Position numbers and translations under genes: made by a program | Notes under the pieces: generated by a model | Databases searched by the model: none | What the model saw: the letters and a program-made list of their open reading frames with translations, nothing else | What the model was told of the DNA's origin: nothing | Shown: piece by piece, positions 23,972 through 38,900 of the stretch | Layout of the letters: the number at the start of each line of letters is the position of its first letter | Position numbering within the stretch: the first letter of the stretch is position 1 | Source: Phoronis australis | Lineage: Eukaryota; Animalia; Phoronida | NCBI GenBank assembly: GCA_002633005.1 | Contig: NMRA01000040.1 | Location: 742,395 to 806,394, forward strand | DNA length: 64,000 bases | Direction: 5' to 3'

Positions 23972-26900
23972 TTATAACTCTTCTTTCTTGTGTCCATGAG
24001 CTTGCTTTATATTTTTCTCTGAAAAGAAGAAATAACAGCGCTCTTATGAATTCTGACACACAAGGCTTCAGAGAAACTAAGAGACGTACATCTCTCAAGC
24101 GCAGTGAGTTCATGAAAGGGATTTAACCTTGAGNNNNNNNNNNNNNNNNNNNNNNNNNNNNNNNNNNNNNNNNNNNNNNNNNNNNNNNNNNNNNNNNNNN
24201 NNNNNNNNNNNNNNNNNNNNNNNNNNNNNNNNNNNNNNNNNNNNNNNNNNNNNNNNNNNNNNNNNNNNNNNNNNNNNNNNNNNNNNNNNNNNNNNNNNNN
24301 NNNNNNNNNNNNNNNNNNNNNNNNNNNNNNNNNNNNNNNNNNNNNNNNNNNNNNNNNNNNNNNNNNNNNNNNNNNNNNNNNNNNNNNNNNNNNNNNNNNN
24401 NNNNNNNNNNNNNNNNNNNNNNNNNNNNNNNNNNNNNNNNNNNNNNNNNNNNNNNNNNNNNNNNNNNNNNNNNNNNNNNNNNNNNNNNNNNNNNNNNNNN
24501 NNNNNNNNNNNNNNNNNNNNNNNNNNNNNNNNNNNNNGGGGGTAGGGAGTATGTCACCTGAGATGGAGGGGATAGAGACAGGTAGGGAGGGATGTAGGGT
24601 GGGAGATAGGGAGTGAAGGAAAGATGCAGGAAGGGGAAGAGGAAGATAGGGAGGGAGAGTAGAGAGGGAGAGAAATGAAGAGTCATTTTCTGACCAGATC
24701 ATAAATAAATAAAACTACTGTTTAGATGCGCTCATCTCGACGTGACTGTCTCACAGATATCTACCTGTAGATGTCTCTGTACTTTGTCGTGACTTGCTTG
24801 TGGTGCTCTTGTTCAAGAACTCATCCCACAACTGTTTGATCTCATTGTCGTAATCCTTCCATTCAGCCACGATCCTCTCAGCAGCTTTCAACTTGGGCTC
24901 TTTGGTCTTGGGGTTATTGCACTACAACAGGTGACAGTTGTGCGGTCAATTAGTGGTGCAAGCATGTTGGTATAACTTATGTGACTGCAGGCTCACAGTC
25001 GCCAATATCTGCTAATTTGCCAAGCAGATGCCAAAAACATCCAACAAAAAGAAAACAGCAATGTCAGACATAAAACATGCTAGTAGTATAGTCACAGTTC
25101 ATTATTCTCAACAACATGAATCAATATTCAAGTCACAGGCAGGATGACATTGCTTCAAGAGAGAGTGGTCCACTCAGTGTGCAACTACCTGACTGTTGAG
25201 CATTCTTTTAATGAGCTATGGTGACAAGGACTTCGCAACATTATTACCCAGGCTTTAGTATGCTGTGGGAGTACAAAAGACTGCCACAATGGCAACACTC
25301 TGTGCAGGTGCATTTATCACTAAGATTGACATGGCGTTCACTGGTACTCATTTTAGTGTGGAAATGATCCAACAGCGTTCATCACAGGATGTTACATAAT
25401 ATCATACAAGTGATCTACCACAGCACATCCTTAGGCTGGATCACTAACTTGACCTAATTTACAAATTCTCATTTATTTCAAATAGAGTCGGTGGTGTGGT
25501 ATTTTAAAATTGTTCACTTTTTCAAAAAAGAAAATCCACCAGAGACGAAAAAATGATGCAGATTTCTTTTTTCAAACCTTCACTGCCCTTATTTACACTG
25601 TCTTGCTTACGTGCAATGGTGCACCTTTTCAAATAGTCTTTGTTGGGTGGAGACTACATTAATGTGATATTTACAACCAACTATGCTTTTTGGCCTTGAA
25701 GATATATACAGTCCAAGAACCTGAAACGTGCAAGAACATTACTTAAATCCAAGCAGTACTCACCAAGTCTATAGTCTTGGCCTTCTTTTTACTTTCATCA
25801 TCGCACCATGTCTCACACCACAGCCACTCTTGAGGAAGTGACTTGATTGACACCTGGTGGATCATATTGTTAGGCAAGTCCTGCAACAGGTAAAGAGGTA
25901 ACAATTATTAAGACAGGTGCAACACAACCAGGCCTCACGTGTCAAATAATCCTTCTAGTGTGGTCCTAGAGATCCTAACAAGTTCAGACCAGGTTGCATA
26001 AAAGTTATATGCTAGATAACGACGACATAACACCACAGTTGAACAATGCTTTTGACATCATGTAACAATCACGCATATCAAATGGGATCAGTTCTTGACT
26101 GAAGGTTTGCACAACCCAGTCTTGGTGTGCATTTCAAGAACTGCTGTCCACGGAGATTGAGAAGTAAGAACTCGTTTGGATGATTGTTCAGTTAACATTC
26201 TTGAAAAGTTAGAAAAGATGCCAAGTGGGAAATCTGGGCACTATCACAACCACAAATACACAGTTTCACTGAGAATTGTGCACACAACTTATTGTTTAGT
26301 TCTCAAACAACCTCCTAACAAAGCCAGTGAAAGATTGATGCAATACAATCCAGATGAATAACAATATTACTTGAAACAATATATTTCCATGGACCTTGGC
26401 AAATGGGCATTTAGTGGGCAGCATCCGAACCTTAAGTCAACACTATGATACTGCACTAACACACTGCACTATCACATTGCACTAACACACTGCACTATCA
26501 CACTGCACTATCACTCTGCATCTAACACATAGCTTACCTGGTCAAGGTTGGACAGACTGTTGGGGTCCTGACTCAAGCCCTGGTACTGGCCACGCAGACG
26601 GTCACCAGCGGCAATACGACGGAACCTCTTTAAATCAACCACATAGAGGGCACTGTAAAATATAACCATTCTGATAAGTTCTAACTACTATTCCATTGCA
26701 GAATTTTTCTAATCTGGTAGTTAAGACTAATTATTCTAGACGAAAGCCATTTCTACTCAAAGCGGCTGTAGGCCCAACTTCCATGGCAGAAACACTGTTG
26801 ATATAGGCCATTCACCATTAAGAAATTGGTCTCAAATTGTTCGGAATCCTTAAATAATTCAAAATTGATATGATATCAGGGCTTGCAAAGAAGTAACAGT

Positions 26901-29900
26901 TCATTATTGCTCAAGACCAGGCTCAAAATGTTGGTTTATCAAGGCGAGCTATTTTATGCATCGACCCTGCTCTCAAGTCATTGCAAACCCAGAACCCACT
27001 TCTCATCTGAAAAAAGAACTAGTCGAGACCAAATTTACATATAGCGGTCAGCGTCCTAGTTCATTTCTTGACCCACAGGGCATGGATATACAGCCATTTT
27101 AACATGACGTGTGATAGTTCTTTGTGTCACTAGAGCCAGTAAACACTGCTACGTCAATACTTTCAGCATATCGATGTGTGAAGTACTTGGGAGAGACATG
27201 TGTTAAATTAATTATTGGAACTCTGCCATTCTTCATTTAGTTTACTTAATGGCCAACATGCTATAAATTCATGTTTCAACAAACCTAATATGATATTTTC
27301 TCCCAGCCAAGTGATTCATCCAGTAGCCTTGCTTCCAAAACCTGAAATAGTCAGAGATTGTCAGTCAAAATCTATGGTTGAAAGGCATCAACACATTATT
27401 AATCCTTTGCATCTCCAACTGGATGCACTGTCCTTCAGTTGAATTCAATTCATGCTTTCTATTAAAAACAAACTTTGATTGAGGCCACTTATCAATATAA
27501 AACTAGTCTGAAATTGTTTCTTAATCAAATTAGAGGTGAATCTATGAGAATAAGCCGCTTGAATTAAAACTTGTCATTTTTACAGAAAGCACCAGTTAAA
27601 TGCCGCTTTAAGATTCATTGAACAATCAAGTGCCTGGGTTTATTTACGTTGTTTTTTCAGCTTGTTTGATTGTTTACAAAACAAATAGTGTCTGACATAG
27701 GCTTTACCTGAAGCCATCCATATCTTCTCTGCTATCACAGAATGGTGTGTAACCATAGGGGGCGCCACCAAGATCAAGATCATATAGTTCCTGGAGATCA
27801 GCGCGAACAGTCTTGGAAGAGAATATGGAATTGATGTGAACAAATAATTAAAGAACACCTTAGACAGAATTGCACAAAATGAACAAAATCGTCCACATTT
27901 CAAATACCATGGAATAGACATACAAGCTATTGCTTTTGTACAGACCATTGCGGCATATACAAAACAGAACCCAACTATTAGAGATGAGGTCACATGGTGC
28001 AATTTATGGTAATATCAGCACCAATGATTAGTTCACACAATACCAGACTTAGAACATAGTGAATAACATCAAGCGCCCAAAGTTCTCACAGGACTTGAAG
28101 GCCATTCGGGTAAAATGTGAGGACAGCCATCAACACAATTATAGCAGGGATTCAAAACAAAATTATTTTTGTCGACATTTACAATGAATGACAAGTAATA
28201 AAATTTTATCAATCCAAATGCAGAAGTTATTTATTACTGGTTGGCTCTGGGAAGAACAGTTTTGTGGCCTGTCACAAGAAAATCATGGTATTGTCACAAA
28301 AGTGTACTCAAATTTGAACACTGGATTACTGACAATACACTGTAAATATCAACAGTATGGCTTACAGCAAAACTGATACAGAAAATAAACAAATCATTGA
28401 GAACTATTTTACAGTAAAGATGTCTTCAACAGTTTCCAGAATGTATTGTCCTATTCACAATAAATGACCTTTATCGCCTACGTGCATATTTTTGCAGCTA
28501 GGAACACAGCTTCATGGACCCAACTGGACCAAGTTTGTATTTATCATTATATGAACAAATTAAACATGAGAACTATGGTAATTCTTCACCTATTTAGCAT
28601 ACAGAGGCTATTAAAGCGAAATTTGAATTAATCTAAAGAGGGACATTAGCTTGTTTTATAGTCTGTAGACGTCATAAAACAGCATATTATTTCAGTTCCC
28701 ATAATTTGCAGCATGCCAATAAGTCCATGAAAAATAAAAACACGACAATATCAGTATTCGCTTTTGCACAAAGTGAAGAATAGTGTATTACTGATAGAGA
28801 ATAGTGCCGTTTACCTCAAGCAGGCATGACTTGAATGTCTTGCATTTTCATAACAAAGGTGAAGGCTGTAAATAACCATTGTTACCTGATCAGCATCAAC
28901 AAAGATGATTTTCTTGACGTGCAACGGGAACAACACATCTAAGAAGAGAATCTTGTAGCCCCAAATGATTCGCTGTTTCTCTGTCTGTTGATGGAGCCAC
29001 CGCGGCCACTTGTACTGGACCAGCTCATATTCAAACCCGTACTTCTCAGCATAGTAAGGAATGAAATCCTGTAACATTGAATCCGTAATTATGCATTTCT
29101 TGTCACTCATAAGAAAATAGACAAATACCTTCCAAAAATTTTGAAATCTAAACACAGAGATGTTTCAAAATACTAACAAAGAGGGATGCACAATCACGCT
29201 TGACAACCGAAAGTCTCTAAATCGTTTTACGCTTTAGTGAGTGCCATCCATACATCACTCATTGTGTTTTTATTTAGTATTCTCAACGTCATATAAAACT
29301 GCCACTTTGATGAACAGTATACCAGATGGAGACTCAATATTTCCTCGGAGAAGAAATGTGTTTCATTTGCACAACAGAGTCGGACCAGTAAGCTTTGTAT
29401 CAGCATGGAGACACTCTGCAAATAAAGGTCCCAACTAACCATATAAACACAAGCCATCTCTGCATGTAGGATAGCTGTCTCACTGAGACCATCTACTAGT
29501 AGGGAGCTTTGAATTATGCTTTACACAGACGTGCATCTATTAATGTGCAACAATTTTCTTGATTACAACTACACAGAGCGGCATTCTTACTACTCACTTT
29601 AAATGTTGGAGACAGGTAATTCTTCAGGAACCAGAACTTGACTTTCGACTGAGTATTTTTTATGACGCTGAGCATCATGAGTCTAAACAAAAGGAAAACA
29701 AATAGTTTGACACAAAAAGAAATAATAATTCAACCTTTTCTATGTTTAGGATGATGAACAATAAATAACAAACAGTACTACTAAAATCAATAAACAAGTC
29801 CCGGAATTTGGTAACATTATTTCAAAGATATACCTGACTTATACCAAATACACCTTCTTGGTATTAAAATGGAAAATCTACATAAATGAAATAATTTCTT

Positions 29901-32900
29901 TGGATAAAATCTCAAAATATTCATCACTGAGATATGCAGGGCTTGGAATGACCCATGACAAAAAAAAGGAAAAATTTCCACGTCATCTATCGTTCCATAA
30001 ATAAATAGGAGTATGTTTTTTTTGTGTTGTAAAATTTAGCTGAAATGAAAGTTTTTGCCGCATGAATAAAGTCAAAATAATGATAAAAAAGTGACGAACA
30101 AAGAGGAAAATGGATGTCAAATAAGAGGAAATCGAAACCAAAAACGAGGAAATCCTCTTAAAAGAGGAAAATTCCAAGCCCTGGATATGGGAACAATGCC
30201 AGACATCACTCAAACAACCACACATGCACGCACAAACGCACAGAAAATGTAATTACTCAGTGTAAAAATCGCATCAAAACTGCACAGCTCCAACTCACCT
30301 TAAAAATCTCTCATACAGATGTCCAGATGCCAGTGAGAAGATGTTAAGAGTTTCGTCTTTATCTTCACTTCTACTATCACCACCCGTAAATGTGCTGGAC
30401 AGGGAGTCCCACATACTCTTGGAGTCATCTCCCTCGCTCAGAAGGTCTTCGTCCAACTTGTCTGGTTTTTTCTTCACCTGGAGCAGCGACACGCGTCTGC
30501 CAATTACTTTGCTCACAAACACATTTCACAGACATTTTATGAAAACGTCTCGTTAGCATGGAGCTGAATGTTATTGCAAATTATCAATACCACACTTCAA
30601 ATTTCATCGACAAAATTATGCGTCCAGGGTACCCACAGGAGTGAAAACTGTGCGAGCTTTGAGTAAAATCTGGGACTGGCATTGGCGGAAAGACACGCAT
30701 GATTTCAAAATAAGACAATTGCAGCCTTGAAAAAATGGACATAACTCGTCTATCCAAGTCGGAGTGACCGAGATAAACACTCGTTTGTAGTTATTAACCT
30801 GACAGTGCATCAGTGAGCCCGAACAAAGAGCACGCACCATGAACTTCAGCCCCGTTACAATTATAGAAAATGTGCCTAAATTTCAACGTGTCACTAGAAC
30901 TATATGAAGAGAGCAGCATTAAAGACAACTATGTTCTCATTTGATAAACGCTGAGCACCTTAGAGAATTTTGTCATCTGATAATTCTCAAAATTTAAATA
31001 TGACACACCTTTCATTTATTAAATTATTAATTAATTCCATAGGCCAAAAAAATTATGAAATATTTGCTGATGAGGAAAACTACTGTCATTTTGATCATCA
31101 ACTTATAGTATATTCTTATTTTCCAAATGACATTTCGAGATTGGATCTTAGTGAAAGCTGTTTGCGTGACTTTTCTATACCAAAGGAAAGTATGCGTCGT
31201 TCTTCCATCTGTGCTCAATAAGGTAATATATAAAGTGAACTCAACAAACCATATATTTATGAAGTTTTTCAACCATAATCAATCAGGACACCACCCGCAA
31301 TAGAAAACACAGATGGGAAAATCGAAAAAACTAAATTGTCTTACATGTATTTTGACAGTGTTGCCTCTAAAACTGTCAATTACTACAGTTAATGGGCGCT
31401 CGTTATCCAGTGAGTCTGTGTATTCGTGGCTGTAAAATAGACGGGTGTTAAAATTATTCATGCATTCAACAGTCAGCGCCCCCTCTTGAACAGAGACAGA
31501 GGTCTCCACCTATCCCCGTGTACTCCAGCATTATTAACAAGCGTAAGGCGGGAAATCCCTCATTCATCGACAAAGACTGGCGGACCAGGTCGCAACGTCT
31601 GCCACCAACCAACCATGTCTCTAAGTAAGTGAACATTTTATATACAATGCCTCTAGAGACCAATGACGAACCTATTCTCCAGCATTCATAATTAAATAAA
31701 ACAAAGGAGGTTCTAAGGCACAATGTATACTACTCACAGTTTAGTAGCAAACCCCCAAAACCGTGAACAAAGATCTTGAACAATTGAAAACTTGACCATA
31801 GAAATGAGTGCCAAATACGACAGACAATCATATCATGTTCAACTAGTTAAAACACCTTATTTTGCAGATAACAAATTCATCAAATATAAGTTAAAACCAA
31901 TTAATTCAAACCTTGTTTGTTACAAACTCTATCACAGTTGGAGTTGAAATGAATTTCCCAGTAAGAGAATGACTTTTTGGATAATGCATACAGCAAGTCA
32001 AATTTCAGAATCTTAACAAGCGAATTAACTTCGTTTTCAATGACAAACACATCTGCACTGACTAAGTCATGTAGAGTGTACCATGAGGGCCCCATGGAAA
32101 GCAGTGAAAACTGATGGAATTACCCTCATTGTAAATATAACAATAATAAAATTCATGTTGCGTATTCTCTTGAACTGAAATTATCGTCAAAATTAACTAC
32201 GATTGGGTGATTCATGATTGGCATAGATGAAATCACACTGTATGTAATGCACTCACGATGCAATGTCGTAGAGTTCTGCAGACCTCCCTGCCCTCAAGTC
32301 CAATAGCCATGAGCCAGGGTTTGCCTTCAGTTGGAAGTAGCCCTGGTATCAGAAACAACAAACAAGAACCCTTAACAGTATGGCACGATTATAGGAAACA
32401 AAATGTGAAAATGAATCCACAAGTAGGCCTGTACATGAAAGAGAAATTAGGGCTGCTGTATTAAGTTATTTTGTCATGCAGTAATTCCGTACCATTTTTC
32501 AAACAAATATAAGACCAAGTCAACACATTACACTACTCTACAGGACAGCAACACCAAATTGCAGTTTTCTTTAGACCGTAATTATCCAAAGATAACTAAA
32601 ATGAAAGAGACGGTCTTACCAAGTTGGCCATGACTATAGTGTCCACCATGTCGGGCTGTTTGCTGGTGCCTAGAGTGAACTGTAGTCCACGTGGGGGTTG
32701 ACCACTGGATGAGTCGAAGCAGTGACCTATGCATCAGAAAGTGGCTGTTAAATACGACAAGTCCTCTACACATTAATACAATAATAGGTATTCAACTACA
32801 CATAAATACAACAAGTCCTCAACTACACATAAATACATCAAGTCTTCAACTACACATAAATACAACAAGTCTTCAATTACACATAAATACAAAAGGTCTT

Positions 32901-35900
32901 CAACTACACAGAAATACAAAAAATCTGACGTGAATAGGACATGACATATTTATCAGCCAATAGCAATAACTTAGTTCCGCAAATGACAAGTTCTAAGTCC
33001 ACCCTTGGTACAGTAGGTTGCTAAAACCCAATTCAAGCTCTGCAATACAAAACAGAGAGCAAACATTTTAGAGTAAGTAACACACGTCAGGTACATACCT
33101 TCCAACAACAGATACTCCAACTCCAATTCAGCATTGACGTTGTTCTCAACCTGTTACGGAATGGTCACGTGGTTTATTAAATACAGCAGCCAGCAGATGA
33201 ACAGCACAAATATTTGATTAAGAGTTTGAACAAATCATTCTCAACAAGGGGAAATAATGTGTCATACACAGGCATCAGACCTTTTTCATGATAATGGCAC
33301 ATCCCTTGAGAATTTTACATTAACTACTAACAGGAAATGTAAGATGTAACGGCAGTTTGTTGTATGGAATATAAGATGTCTACACATGACCAAAACTATA
33401 TCTAATTTACACCATCTAATTGTTGTTGATTAATGGTAAGGCCAAAAAGCATATTAATTGGTTCTGATTTGAAAACTGAGTTGATGCATTTTTTAACTCA
33501 TTGTTAAGTAAATGATAGCGTTTCAAACTTTCTTTACCCTTGCTTTCGTGCCTTTGAAAAGCTTTTTAAAAAAACACAAGTCCTTAGCTGAAGTTGGTGA
33601 GCGCAGGTCTCAAAATAAGTCGGGGTTAAGACCAGAACCAACCAATAAATTTTTTTGGCCTGAGTCCAAGGACATAGTACACACATGCATACCTCTTCCA
33701 TGACAATGTTATCCAGATCATAGGCTGCTCTGACGGTCTCCACTAACCAGCTCTCAGGAGGGTTCATGTTCAAGGTTAGGATGGGCTTCAATGGTAGGTT
33801 GGTGAATCGAGCGCTAGGACCAGAGGACATGCTTCCATCGGGACGGAACTGTAGCTCAGGCTCCAGGACAAACCGGTAATAGCTGGTAAAATAGACAGGG
33901 GTGGATGGAATTTATACAGCTGTGGATTCATAACGTTGCTTTACAAGAAATAAAACACTCAATATACAGTACAAGCCAAAAGTAGTCAGACAATGAAACT
34001 ACAATTTCCCCGTCATGACAGGTATCTAGTTTGACCGTAAATTCCACACCCACTCAGCTGTCATGACAGGGATTTCTGGGACATTTTGTCTAGATATGTT
34101 GGTGTGTACTGTAAAGCCTGCATCCGAAAACTTAAACAGTCAATAACTTACACCATGACCATATTTTCAGAGTTGGTCTTTTTAAATGGGTGCTGACATG
34201 TAATGTCTTGCTCCATGTCAATTTACATTTTGTCAAAGCCTCATTCTAAATACAGCACTAGTTACAATAAGAAAAGTTCATAATGTAAAGTATTGAAAAA
34301 TAAAAAAAACAGATTGTCTAGCCAACGACACTTATAGTTTTACTTTACTTAACATGACTACAATTCTGAATGTGGACCTTTTGACTCGATGAAAACAAAG
34401 AATGGCCACAAGATGGCGCACCTTTTCAGAGGCATCTCTGACAGTTTGTCCTTGCAGTTGAAGATGAGCTTCATCTTAACGTTGGTGACCTCCTTTAAGA
34501 CTATCAGCAGGGGAGATAACTTCTGAGCCTCTCTGCTCAGAGGATCCAGGATGGCGACAACATCGTGAGCGGGGCTGTCAGGCTTTGCGGGCAGGGAGAT
34601 CACACTGAGAAAGGGGAATAACAATACAGCAATTATTTTACATTATATGGATAAGGATTAGTTTGCTTCTTGAACGACTTTGGTGAATTCAAGAGAGACT
34701 CCATGTTTTCGGAGACATAAAAATCACCTATGCGTCAACACTACTTGTGAGCTCCAGCTCGAAGTTCCAACTGGCGCTCTCTGAAAACTCAAATTTCTGT
34801 TTCAGACAAATGCAACATCAAACAAAAATCAGTAATTTTGTCATTGAAATATAAGTGTCCCAGAATAATTGACAACTTAACTGTGTTCTAAAATCTGCAT
34901 TCACAATACAATTTCAATAAAAATTAATTATTGACGAACAGCAAATCATAATATACAACAATAAATTATTCTCGTCGAAAATCGGCAAAATTTTGAAGCA
35001 AGAATTTCTAATTCTTTCTCAAAATGATTACAGCGTAATTTAATATTTGTTTTCTTTCTGTGTTTTCACCACGACTTGTATAAAACAGTTACATTACATT
35101 CAAAGTCCCCATGCCACCCCTTTACCTGTGCTTCTCTGCAGACACCTCAACAGACCTCCTGGCACTTTCACTGCCTGTCTGAGATTCCAGCAGGGCACAC
35201 GCCTTCATAATCAGCTCACTGGCACTAAAACGACAAATAAATATTCATCTCAATGGTCCGTTGTGTGAAAGGTCCTTCACTAGGGGCCCACTTCATGCAA
35301 CCAACTATAAGCCTTCACACAAGAGTAATGTTGACATGATGTTGACAAAAATGTAGAACAACAAAGACAGCATAACAACTGATGGTACTCAGCAACATGC
35401 AAAAATTTTATCAAGAATCCAAAATTCCACGAAGCAGAGACCGAGGCGCGCAACCACCAAACTTCCACTAAAAACTTGTGATGAAAAATCAAATTTTTGA
35501 ATATCATAACATAGGAAAGGTAATTAAATTATGATCATTTTAGAAAAAAGATGCATCTCTGTATAAGGTCTTTTTGTCTAACAATCTAATAACTACAAAT
35601 TGTGGTGTAAGTGGATTCCAGTGTGAATGGGATGTGTATGTTTTTTATTACAATAAGCTTGACTTGTGTATTTACACCCCAGCTGCATGAGTAATGTTTA
35701 TAACATGCATCACATTGTTCTTCTGTGAGCTATAGTTGTAAATATAATAAACGTATTGACTTGAAAAAAAATTGCAATGATATCATGTAAACATGCAGAT
35801 ATTACTCGAAGCACAATGTGCCATTGGCCACTTTTTGAGACAAGTCTCAAGTCAAATTTGGAGGTCACAGATCCAAGTCTTACACTTAAGATGTGCTTGC

Positions 35901-38900
35901 AATGTTTGCATTACAAAAACATACCCACAGCAACTGGTCAAATTTGTCCCTATCACCATATTTGCACCTTGAACACAACCTGCAAACTGTGGACTGACAC
36001 AGCAAAAACCTATTAAATACTAAGTGTTAAACACTTCAACGAGTAACCACTTCATTGAATTTCATTCAGCTAACAAAAGAGAAATCCTTACTTATCACTG
36101 ATCCCTACAGAGTGTATTACTGGAGCGGAAGAGTACAAATAAAGTAACTATCTGCCTTTGTTTGCCGACTTACAGAGCTGGTCTGAGATTCAAAGGATGG
36201 ATGGCATCCCTGACCTTACTAGCTGACTTTTTTACGGTGAACTGATCAAGTAAAACAAAATCTTCCATGACAAAAGCCTCGTCCGACCGCAGGGGGCCCA
36301 AAATCTAAAATAAACAATCATTAGTTATTCAAGCATCTTCATAGGAAATCAACACGACAGTGAAATTAAGTTGAGCCATTCATGCTGAACTTGAAACTTA
36401 CCAAATAGCAGTTCGGATGTGCAGGACAGTATCAATGCAACTACAGATTTCAACACAGTAAAATTATATATTTTATTAAAGTACAAAGATTGTAGAACTT
36501 TATGGTTTTATATCAACTTCCCATTAACTGGGTCACGTGACCATGTATTTTCAGTAAAGTTTATCAAAAAACAAAGATACACTGAAAAAAACAACACAAA
36601 CAACAACACGACCAGAGGACAGTGCACAAAAGATGGTGTCTGAAAGCTACATATATGAATCCAGTCAGCCATTTCTGAGATACGATGTTCCATAGTTAAC
36701 CAAAATTGGACATTTTTCTAGGGTCCTTGTGAAAACTTAGGCATTAATTAAAACAATTTTCTCAGAAAACTTCTACATTCTGGTAATGACAAAAATCATT
36801 CTTCAATTCAATCGGACCAACACACACCTTGCCGTTAGCCACAATACCGCGATTTCCTGGACGGAACCGGAGTGTCCGCTGGGCAAACATCTGTCCCCAC
36901 TTCAAAAACGAGGTGCTCTTCAAATTGTCCATGGCCGAGTTGAACCGATTCATCTTCATGCCCTGTGAAAATTATTACCAATATTACAAACCTACTATCA
37001 TTATCACAACCATGATCAATATCATAATCATTATCGTAATATATAATCATAATTATTATCAGGCCTGATTTTGGAACGATTTCCAGACCTCTCAAAACTG
37101 GCATCTTTTTGGAACTTGTTACGTTTAGCCACCGATGCCTAGAAATCATTTTCTATCATTGTTTGGAAAAGTTTGAGAAATACTTTGTGTGTCTGAGTAG
37201 CAGTCAGGCTAAAATTAAAGCTTCTGTTTCATGATTTTCCAACAGTAGAATGTTAACACTTCAATTGATTTTAGGTATAATATTCAAGATAACAAGTATT
37301 GAAACGCCAACCAGGCATGCAGTGGAATCAGTGGACCATGTATAAATAAAACAGGGGAGATAAATCCTGTAACTACTGGCACGTAACTGAAAGTCTTTCA
37401 GCAGTAAGCCATGAATAAAACTACTTATCATCTAAATAGAAAAACATAATTACACTTAACTTACATTAACTTCCAAGTCAGCAAGAGATTTCTGTTTTTC
37501 CGTCAGCGCTACAACATTTTCTTCCTTCAGCAGTTTAGTGACAAACAATTTGGCATGCTTCATCTGCTGACTGTTCAGAGCGGCTTGCACTGCTCGAGAG
37601 ATGAAATGAGCTGAGTCATCATCATCGTGTATCGCCTTTGGATTGTGAACCACGCCCAGGCGCATGTCACTGGTAGACTTCTGTAACAGTATTATATGAG
37701 GTATGTATTATGTAACATCAGGAGTGTGAACCACGCCCAGGCGCATGTCACTGGTAGACTTCTGTAACAGTATTATATGAGGTATGTATTATGTAACATC
37801 AGGAGCGTGAACCGCACCAAGTCACATATCACTAACAGACCTCACTTACTCCATTAAGAAGAAAACAGATTCCAAAGATAAAGTCAGACTCCACCAGGTG
37901 GCGCTAGTGAAGTGGCAGTTCTACTGGCATTAATGTAAGCATTCAGGAAATGACATGGGGGAGTTATCCCACAGGCTACATGTTGGTAAACATTTTTCAT
38001 CAGATCTCATTCTACAGGCATTCAAACGTCAAAACACCACCAATAACCGAGTCTGTTATTGTGACCTGACCTTTCCTCATTCTGAAACAACCCTGGGTAG
38101 GAAAAATCATACGGACTTACCACTCTGGTAACCCTACAAGACAAATCTTAAAATTGTTCAGTCATAATATGGACGGTGATGGAGATAAATGCAAGTTTAG
38201 GTATCGAATGCTTTCAACACAACAAAATAATGTACCGCAATAACTAAACCGAATGAAGTCTAACACATAACATCACTACTAACCTTTAAGTTATTCTTCA
38301 AAATATAATTAGAACAGTCAAATGAACAAGGATTGTGAAAAAGTAATACAACTCTCAACAACCACACAAAAGACAGTCAAGCAACATTTCCAAAGTGTCA
38401 TCTTGCACATAACATCAGGGCTTTACTGATGAAATAAAGCAAACAACAAAATAACATAAAATCTCAAGATGTAAATTTATACCTGATCAGTAGAAAATGA
38501 TTACAAATCATTATAAATGAAAAATCAGTTAATTAACATTAAAAAGATTCTGAAGTTATTTAATGAAACTTTTCAATGAAGACATAACAAAACTAACAAT
38601 GTTTAAAGATTCGTTTGGCATACAACCCATTGTTAAATTATCCTTAAGCTGCACATGACCTCACATGACCCTTGACCCCAAAACACAGAGTTTACTCACC
38701 AGACTCTTGATGGCGCTGTACAACAGCAAACGTCCATCTTCTGTGTCCAGATCAGTGACCACCCAGGTAGTAAGCGAGTGGACCGAATCATCCTCTGAAA
38801 GAAGAGCATGAACACTTAACACAATTAACTTAAATATCTCATTAATATAGTTACTGACTAGTAACCCCACCTGGTGTTCCATCATGGAACCAGCATGTTT

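Noticed and set aside
24007-24702. Long ORFs in the track over N runs (also 7272-7487)
   Set aside because: These are artefacts of translating assembly gaps.
27750-27770. ccatagggggcgcc as a CTCF site
   Set aside because: It is the coding sequence for GAPYG in UGGT exon 35.
32691-32933. ORF with LQLHINTTS repeats as a repeat protein
   Set aside because: It is the translation of a 27-bp intronic minisatellite antisense to UGGT.
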